The translations under genes and the position numbers were made by a program. The notes below the pieces were generated by a model. The model worked only from the letters and a program-made list of their open reading frames with translations. It was not told where the DNA came from and searched no databases. From positions 26,846,001 to 26,910,000 of the forward strand of contig OX597814.1 in NCBI GenBank assembly GCA_951406725.2: a stretch of 64,000 nucleotides of DNA, in the 5' to 3' direction. Each line of letters starts with the position of its first letter. Within the stretch, counting starts at the first letter, position 1. Source of the stretch: Octopus vulgaris (lineage: Eukaryota). Of this stretch, positions 54,823-64,000 are shown one piece after another.

Positions 54823-57491
54823 GCAACTGATATTTTCCCTGTAAATAATAAATTGCTTGTTATCAATCATCATCATCATCATCATCCTCATGGAATTGTA
54901 TCATACTCTTGATTGATTAAATTCACTTCAAAGCTTTGTTTAAATAGCATTTTAATATAAAAAATACAAGCTAGAGTGAAACGAACAGAAAAAGCTACTT
55001 ATAGAAAATAATAGAAACTGAAGAACAAAAAACAAAAAATTTATTATTGAGTTAATGCAATAAACAACTTGCAAATAGAGATCATATGAAGCTATAATAC
55101 TTAACAGAAACATGAGTGACAGAGAGGAGAACATTCCAATATTAGTGGAAAGTTCAAATTAGAAATTTGAAAAAAGTATTTGAGCTGGTTTTTTTTACTT
55201 ATTTAAGTCTACAAGAGCCCTAGAAAAAAAGTTGTATTGTCATTTCCAAGAAACAATCTTAGTATGTGAAGTGGACTGGGATCCAGGATTGAATGTCTGA
55301 TTATTTCTATACAGGCTTAAGATCGGTACATAAATCTCATACAAGAATCTTCTTCAATCTTTATCTCCAAATAATAGTTAGTAGCTAAGGAACCACAATG
55401 AAGAAAATTTGTTAGATGTGACTTTAAATAGTGTTTGGAAACTCATGTCTAGCAAATGGTGAATAGTAATTTTCTCATTTCCACATATCATTTCTCTGCT
55501 TTTTAAATTTTTCAAACTAAATTTAAGTATCAGATGCAACTAGTAAAGCACTACAAATGCTTTGCAGAATAAAAAAAATGTGCTTTAACATATTGAGTGC
55601 CACCTTCATAAAGAGATGACCTGATATTAATTAAGTTAGGTCACATCAAATAATTGATAAAGGATAATGATATGTGTATGAAATGCAAGTGGAGACACAT
55701 TCAAACTATGCCAACCTGAAAAATAAAACGCTATCATTGATAAGGTGGATGATGATGGAAAAAGAAGATGGAAAGGAAAAAGAATGAAGACACTGGTTAT
55801 GCTAAGAATAATCTAGTTTATTACACAATGTAACAATAACAATGGTGAAAAGTACCTTAAGAAGTTGGAAAGTGTTCAACTAACACATGTACGGTGTTCT
55901 TGAAGGTACTACTCTATCCCTTCACCTTCACCTCATGCAAAATACTGTGTACATAACCGTAGTGATGGATTACATTTAAAGCTCATGCAAACCATTCTGT
56001 TATGGTATTGATATTTTATGACTCAGCTAGTCAATTTCTCTTTTATATTAACTACAATTAATTGAATTGGTCTTTATATGGTTACTAGGATGTGCTTTAT
56101 TAATTCTGATTTGCTGATTGGTAATATTTGAACTCAGTATAGTGAGGTACAAAACTATGATAAAATATAGCATCCATTCCAATAGACCATGTTATGTCTA
56201 TCTCTAAAACATTTAAATTAACTTTAACACTTAAAAGATGATTTAGAAAGTTAAAATAGAAAATATCATGGGAATTCTGTACAAAATATATAGTAAAAAG
56301 AAATAGTGATTGAATATAATATCATGTGGTTTGGATAAAAAGGGAAAAGCTATCTTAGAGATATTTTATTTTCAGTTTTTGTGAAACCTGATATTGAACA
56401 AATATCTTCACTTGTTTCAGATACAAATATCACAAAATTGGATGAATTTTACACAATGCCATAATAATGTACTCCTCATAAATATTAATGGTATTTTCTT
56501 TAAAAGGATTATCCTAGTGAAATAATAGATAAAACCAGGAGGTTACATGTACTTTTCATACTTTGTTTTTAATTCATGTATCTTCACAAAATCAATGCCT
56601 GCTACCTTAATATTATGATAATGATCTTCCTTATCAGCTTCTTAGCTACTGTCAATATAATTAGTAAATATGCTGGTTTCTCTTGAGGAGGAGCAAAGGC
56701 TTCATATAGAAAATTGTCGTGTTTTTCCTCAACGGCATGTGAAGTGAAATTACTACATCTGGGGATTTATCTCATAACCCTACATTTCCTGTTCTGTCAC
56801 CTCCATTAATCATTGATATGCATTTGCTTGACCATTCTAGAAATGGTAACCAAATTTACAACAACTCACAATATATTTCAAAAATAGAAAAGATACATAG
56901 AACAGTATAATCCAAGATTACAAAAGGACAGATCATCGTGTCTAGAACATCATCGCCATAATGTTCTAGATACGTTTTAACATCACTTTTCCATGCTGGC
57001 ATGGGTGGAGATTGGAATTCATTGAGGCAGATTTTCTACAGCCAGATGCCCTTCCTGCCTTCACTTGTTTCCAAGAGAGATAATATTTCCCCCATGGCCT
57101 GACATATTTTTCACAAAGGAATTACAATGCTTTGATTAGTTTGGGTTTATAGTAAAAGACACTTACCCAAGATTCCACATAGACTGGAACTGAGTTCAAA
57201 ACTACATGGTTGGGAAGCAAGTTTCTTAAACACACAGACATTTGTAAGACTGTGACTGTGATTATTACCATGCTCGATCAGAGTTAGCATGGGACCAAAC
57301 AAGAACAAACTGCTTGATGTGTTAGTGTTTTAAGTGCTAAGCCTAAAAATTAAAATGTTGGGTACAATGACACAGAAATAATGGTTTATTATCATCATCA
57401 TCATCATTAGTTCAATATCCATTTTTCTATGTTTGCATTGGAGATGTACTTGCATAGCAAGTGATTTGATCTGAGATCGTGAGCTGAAACG

Positions 57492-57543
57492 AAAACAATT
57501 GCAGCGTGGAAGGTGCAAACACCTTCCACGCTGCAATTGTTTT
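57492..57543. repeat. Perfect 24-bp inverted repeat with 4-nt loop
   Basis: aaaacaattgcagcgtggaaggtg-caaa-caccttccacgctgcaattgtttt. Confidence 0.95.
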
Positions 57544-59468
57544 ATGTTTGCATTGGCCAGACAAAATTTGTTGTGCAGATTTCTATTGCCAAACTCTACC
57601 TGTTTCCATGCAAACTAATATTTCTCCATTAACAGCCATATTTTTATGGAAGATTGGAAATAACCAGTATTATTTGTATGATGATGATGCTTATTTGTGT
57701 GTGTATGTACATGTATATATATACATATATGTATATATATTATACATATATATACATGTGGCACCATGTAAAAGCGCCCATGCGGTGCCACCTAAAAGTA
57801 CCTTGCACACTTTGTAAAGTGGTTGGCATTAGAAGAAAATTAGATTACTGTAGTATCTCCAGGATTTTTCAAATTTTAATATACCACATTAGATTCAAAA
57901 GTTTCATTAAAGATGTCTTCTCTGATTCCCTTTTAGGTAGTTCAAAACTATCACAATTCATAAAGGATCTCATTCAATGTTTACATTAGACTGCACTTAC
58001 CCCTTGACCAGTTCATGTCACTTCACACAGTTTTTCACTTGAGTAACCTTTCATGTAAGCATCTTCTGAAGCAAGTGTGGAGTGTAATTTTATTGCATTA
58101 ACCTAGATGGCTTTTACATTTCCACACATGCATATTTGCATTTGTATGAGTCACTCAATGGGATCCATTGCTAGAAATATAAAAAGGAGAGAAATCAAAG
58201 AAATTCCAAATGCACCTAAAGAAATGGATTGATAATTATTAAGCAGTATATATATATATTATAATTAGTAAATATTTCTTATCTAGTTTGTTCGGCTTAG
58301 AAAGAGAAATGACTCACTAAAATATATATCACATGTATACTAAAATAAATATGTGTATATTTTCTGATATACTTAAGTAAACATGGGCTCAGATGTAAAA
58401 ACTGATGAAAATTTTCTTTTTCATACAGTTCATCATCCTACTGAAATAGAGACTCAGCTCTATCCTGGATAGCAACCAAGTCTCCTCAACTCAGCAATCT
58501 TAAATGAAGAAAGACACATTGAATAATATGGTCTTCTTGCTCTATGTGGGAATGTAAAATGGGAAGGTCGTGACTGGAATTCCTTCGGTCACAAGTGTTC
58601 AATCCAGGTTGAACAACCAAAGTTACATACCTGTATAAAAGACCATGGTGTTTCTAAACACATTTTTTTAAGACAGAGAAGATATGCCGGGGGTATAAGA
58701 AACATATATTCATGTATGTTTGAATACATGCACATATATAAACATGCATACATAGACATGGAATCATAAAGGCATATATATATGTATATGTATATATGTG
58801 TATTATGTCCATGGCCAAGGCACTCAATTTTCTGCTGCAAGCATTAGCATGAATTAAGAAGTTCAATTTTACCTACATAACTTCAGATTCAATTTCCCAG
58901 CAGGGCACTATGGGCAAGCATCTTTTTCCCATGTTTTTTTATCAACCAGGTCGACCAAAACCTTGTAAGAAAAATTGGTTAGCAGAAATCATGTGGAAGT
59001 CAGTTGGAGGAATTGCTCCTATTCTTGGGTGGTAGACATAATTTGTCTCTTGATTTAACGTCACAAATTGATTCTTTGAACCCTTTAACAGTGTCACTTT
59101 TGTTGCAAGCATATGGGCTAGATTTTAAGTCCGAGAGATAACTTCTTCCCTTCTTTGCACAAGTCTCCGAAGCCCTGAAAAGAGTTATTCTTTATTCCTC
59201 TCACTACGTCATTAATTTAGAGTTTTCCTTAATTAATTAAGAGTTATTCCTTACTCTTCTCACTACATCATTAATTAAAAGAAAATTGACCCTTCTGACT
59301 ATCTGGTTAGATAAATTAAGTACTGCTAGAACAACTCTTACCACTAACCAATGACAGTGTTAAATTAACAGGTGTTTACATTATACTGCAGTACTGACTT
59401 CAACAACTCCTGTTTGTCTGGAGAAAAAAAGTACTCAACTTCAGATTAGTTCAATGTTTCAGTTCATA

Positions 59469-60736
59469 TCAGGTCATTAATAATGAAATAACTGATTTTG
59501 AGCTGAAAGTTTATTTTACTTTATCTAAACAAAAAGCAAAGCAGTTAATCAAAGTATGCACCTAAATTATTGACGCAATTTTGCCATTTTATCAGTAGCT
59601 TATTTATGCCAGCAGTGAAGAATTCTGGAGTGCAAGAGGTGATGTATTCATGAAAGGTTGTTTTTGCAACTTCTTTAGATTTGAAGTTTTTTCTTTGCAA
59701 AAAGTTGTTTAATGCCTAGAAAACATGATAGTCAGTCGGTGCAAGGTCTGGTGAATATGGTGGGTGACAGAGTACTTCCAAGTTCAGTTCCTGTAACTTG
59801 AGTAGTGTTCTTTGAGCAACATATGGTCGAACATTGTCTTGCAAGAGAATTGGTCTGTCTCTATTGACCAATCTTGGTTGTTTTATTGTAAGTTCACTCA
59901 CCATTTCATCCAATTATTTGATGTATACATCCACTGTAATTGACTTACCAGGTATCATGAAGCTGTAATGGATGACACCAGTGCTGGACCACCAAACAGA
60001 CACCATTATCTTGTTTTGGTGAATATTCTTTTTTGGATTGTGTTTTGGTACTTTGTCTCTATCCAACCACCATGCAGAACGCTTGCTATTGTTGAAAGGA
60101 ATCCATTTTTCATCACACATAACAATGCAGTGCAAAAATGGTTTGCCGTGACAGCAAAGAACAGCAAGTTTCAAGACAATGTGCCATTTGCTGCTCATTA
60201 AGTTCATGTGGTACCCTCTTGTCCAGCTTCTTTACCTTGCCAATTTGTTACAGTTGGAATCAAAACATCAAACCTTGCTGCTAACTCACATGTAGTTTGA
60301 GATGTATCTGCTTCTACTACAGTTTCCAGTTCATCATTATCCACCTTGGTCTTAGGTCTACTTCAGGACTGATTTTCAAGAGTAAAGTTATCAGACTAGA
60401 ACTTCTCAATCCATCAGCACACAGTGTGCTCATGCACCACATCTTCACCAAACACCTCATTGATGTGTCAAGCTGTCTGGGATGCATTGGTTCTATATTC
60501 ATAAACAACACGAATTTTTTATCTATCCATGGGTTCACAAAAATTGGTTTACAAGAGAAAACTCACAAAAACTGATTTACAAGAGAAAACTCAGACACCA
60601 TGAATTGCATTTTGAAAAGTGATGATGTAACTCTTCTATGTTATAAAACAAAGAATTGTCAGGATAAAACATTAGAGTTAATGACTGTCAAACTTGGTGC
60701 ATAAGAAAATCGGACATTTCATTCTTAATGACCTGA
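59469..60736 (-). mobile_element. Full-length (1268 bp) mariner DNA transposon
   Basis: 31-bp TIRs (tcaggtcattaataatgaaataactgatttt / aaaatcggacatttcattcttaatgacctga, 27/31 match) with flanking TA at 59467-68 and 60737-38. Confidence 0.92.
59545..60530 (-). pseudogene. mariner DD34D transposase pseudogene
   Basis: CDEKW, LLQDNVRP and HPPYSPDLAPTDYH, with exactly 34 residues between D2 and D3. C-terminus WQNCVNNLGAYFD*. Stops and frameshifts. Confidence 0.92.
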
Positions 60737-61623
60737 TATTATGATTGGATTTATATTTTCACTCTAATGAGATGCTGAAGGAAATGTCTGGTATGTGCAC
60801 CACTCCATTCTGCATTGAACTCATTCTGCATAGTCATGTACCACCAGGTGAACATCTTCCTCAGGCACAAGAGAGTCTCAGTATATATTATATATATTCA
60901 TGGAGAACAATCTCCAAGTTAATTGATACCAGTAGAATGTAAATACACTTTTTCCACCATTTTTCCATTATTTATGAACAAAAAAAAAATGATTACAAGT
61001 TAATAAAGGAGTTTCACTCTCAGTGCATGCTAGAAATAGCAGCCAAATTTCCTTCATGTTATCATACCATTTTAAAAAATAGAAATATATATTGTGTTAT
61101 GTCTGAAAAAAAATATAGTGTGATCATAACATGCTTGATCAGGCCTGACCCAGAATTAGATAATAAAATGAGAGCATTCTAGTGATCAAACATGATATTT
61201 AATTTCTAAAGCAATTTCCAAATTTATTCCATGATGTTCTATACAGCTTGTTTCTGAATACATATTATACAAATAAAAATGAATATAATTAAAATATACT
61301 GATAACAAATTGGTTGATAGACCTAATCTCCCATTTACAGATAGGTGTGATATAAACTGCTGAAAGTCTCATGGTTATATATTATGGAAAAACTATTTCT
61401 AAATAATCAAAAATTTTCTGAAGCATTTGTAAATCAATTAGTTTCACAGGTTATCTGCTTGATGCAAAATTATTTCCACAAGAAAAATGTCTGTTGTTCA
61501 TAATTGCAGAATACAAACTTAGTTTTCATATTTTTGTCTTTTTTACCCACCTCTCAGAATCTTTATTCAAGACTGTTTGGGAATTATCAGTATTATTTAT
61601 TATTGTTGCTGGTGTTATTGTTG

Positions 61624-61666
<43 letters not shown>

Positions 61667-63822
61667 GTGGAAAAAGACATGATCAAAACAGAAGAAAAGA
61701 GAAGATACAATTCTTAAAGGAGAAATAATAACTAATCAAACATTAACCTTAAAGAAAATTCCTTTGTGCTTGCAAGCAGAGTGTTGTCCAATGAATAGAA
61801 AAATTTTTTTCTTCACTGCCTTTGGTTAGCAAAAAAATAAAAGAAAAAAGAAAAGAAAATAGTGCACTAGCTAATTTTTTTCTCTATTTTTGCTTTTCTT
61901 TCTCTTGGTTGATGTTGATGTCAAGGGAATCTATTAACATTGAAAATTAACCTGCTGATCTCGTTTGTTGTGTTCATGACAGACCACATGTAGGACAGTG
62001 CATCCTCAGGGACAAGTGGATTAATTGGCCCAGTAAACAGGGTCTGTGTGTTTAATACAGATATTTATAAGGAAGCTGAATAGTTTGATAAGTTTAAAAA
62101 AGAAGAGCAGTAAATAGAAAAAAAGCATTGAAAGAAAATGTAAGAAATAGAATTCAGCATAAGCAAAATTTGTTGTTATTATTTTATGTCCGTACTACTC
62201 AAGGCATATTTCGTTTTAAAAGTGCATTAGAGTCTATTCTGAAATCAGACAATTTGTCTGATTTCTTATTTGCTTAGATGTTGTAGCAATCTCAACTGTG
62301 CCAGTCGACAACAATCAGACAAATTTCAATATCAGGACATCAAAATATTCCGCTGAAACTCAGCCTGACCATTTCTTTATTCATTCTTCTTTTATCTGAT
62401 TCTCTTTATCATTGTTGTCATCCTCATTTTCATCACGATCATCATCATGATTATCATCATGATCATCAATGTTTTCATCTGTGCTTTCCCCACACTGACA
62501 TAACATATTGCTTGGCTGCTGCCTTCTTTCTCCTTTGTCTTCTTTCAGTACTTTTACTGGGTTTCTCATAGTCTACTGTCCCCCACTGGATATATGAATT
62601 TCTAATGTCATATCTGAGATATTGATTATAATTTATCAGGTGTCTTGCTGTAGGTCAAAACTTATGAGTGCTTGAAGTACATTGCAGTGTGAATAATGTG
62701 AATATTTGCAGTAATTACTTAAGAGCATACCATTCTAATGAACTCTTTTCATTATTTTACTGTGTCATGTCACATTTCCTAACATTTAGATAGTTTATAA
62801 TACCATTCAGTAAAAATAGCTAATGCAGATTTTATTTGAGTAAGACACAGATACCAAGTTGAAGTCCATTTAATTTTATTCAAGAAGCAAGGAAAATATG
62901 CCTTTGAATTAATACTCACTAAAAAAAAAAGACTTGTAATGAAGAATATGGTTACTATTGTTCAAAAATATGCAATGGAAGTTAATGACCCAGTTACAAT
63001 TGTTTACCAGAGCAAAATTGTTTAAGAGCAAAATTTATTAAGATAGAGACAAAAATACCATCATTTATTTATAAGAAATAAGTGGCAAGTATTAAAATAA
63101 ATTTAGAAACCAGTACATTTCATTCAGAAAAACTATCTTGCATTTAACAATTTGAATCTTTAATCATTCATACTTCATCTTGCTTGACCTTGGAAAACTT
63201 AACATAGAATTAACTTATTAAGACTTAGCAAATGAAAAAGAAAGGAAACGAATTGCTGTACCTAGATTTTTTTATATGATTCACGTGATAATATTTTTCT
63301 CTGACAGTAGGTGTTTATTTTGATTTGTCTTTAAGGCTTAATTGAAGATTTCTACTTCATATAGCGAATCAGTGGTAGATACAATGACAAGGTTTTCATT
63401 CACCTTCTATAGACCCATGGGAGGCTTTGCAATTCATTACTGCAAACTATAAAAAGTATTTATCTATGACAGAATGCAGCCACTGCTCACAGCAGCAAGC
63501 TATCACCCACATGGTACCCATTTGCAGATTGTTGGACAGCACTGTGGAGTTTTATGACTTTACCATAAACAGTGAACATCACTTTAGCAATAAAGAAAAC
63601 AGATGATAAAATATTTTTCATTCAATTTTTATATCCTTTTTCTCTTCCCCATTATGGTTCCCAGTAGTTATAATCAAAGTCTTATACAATAAATATATAT
63701 GTGAGTGTGTGAATATGAAACTATATATAGATAGATATGTATATATATATATTTATATATATGTATATCTATATATATATATACACATATATATACAAAT
63801 ATACACACACACACACACACAC

Positions 63823-63873
<51 letters not shown>

Positions 63874-64000
63874 AATACATGTGTGCATGCTTGTTTGCAT
63901 GAGTATGTAAATGTATGTGTATGTGTTTGTTTAGATATTATATTTAGTTTACTATGATAGAAAACTAAAAAGGTAAACATGATTACAATCTAAAGAAAAA

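Overview
Eukaryotic, AT-rich, CpG-poor DNA packed with microsatellites. The repeat content (tRNA-derived SINEs, RTE, CR1, R4/Dong and Penelope-like retroelements, Tc1/mariner) most resembles a coleoid cephalopod (Octopus-like) genome, which is an inference from pattern recognition, not a search result. Nearly all ORFs in the supplied track are microsatellite or low-complexity artefacts. The window is best read as mostly intron of a + strand immunoglobulin-superfamily gene. There is one clear phase 1-1 Ig-domain exon (41517-41801) and a plausible signal-peptide exon about 40.6 kb upstream (801-948). The rest is decayed transposons, including a full-length DD34D mariner with TIRs. The most notable oddities are a 101-bp insertion with a 14-bp target-site duplication and a perfect 24-bp hairpin, a tail-to-tail inverted SINE pair (candidate dsRNA/ADAR substrate), a ~410-bp non-SINE block duplicated 5.3 kb apart with conserved minus-strand splice-like signals, degenerate hammerhead-ribozyme remnants, and several short locally templated insertions. 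No complete novel system can be demonstrated from sequence alone. Repeat boundaries are approximate.
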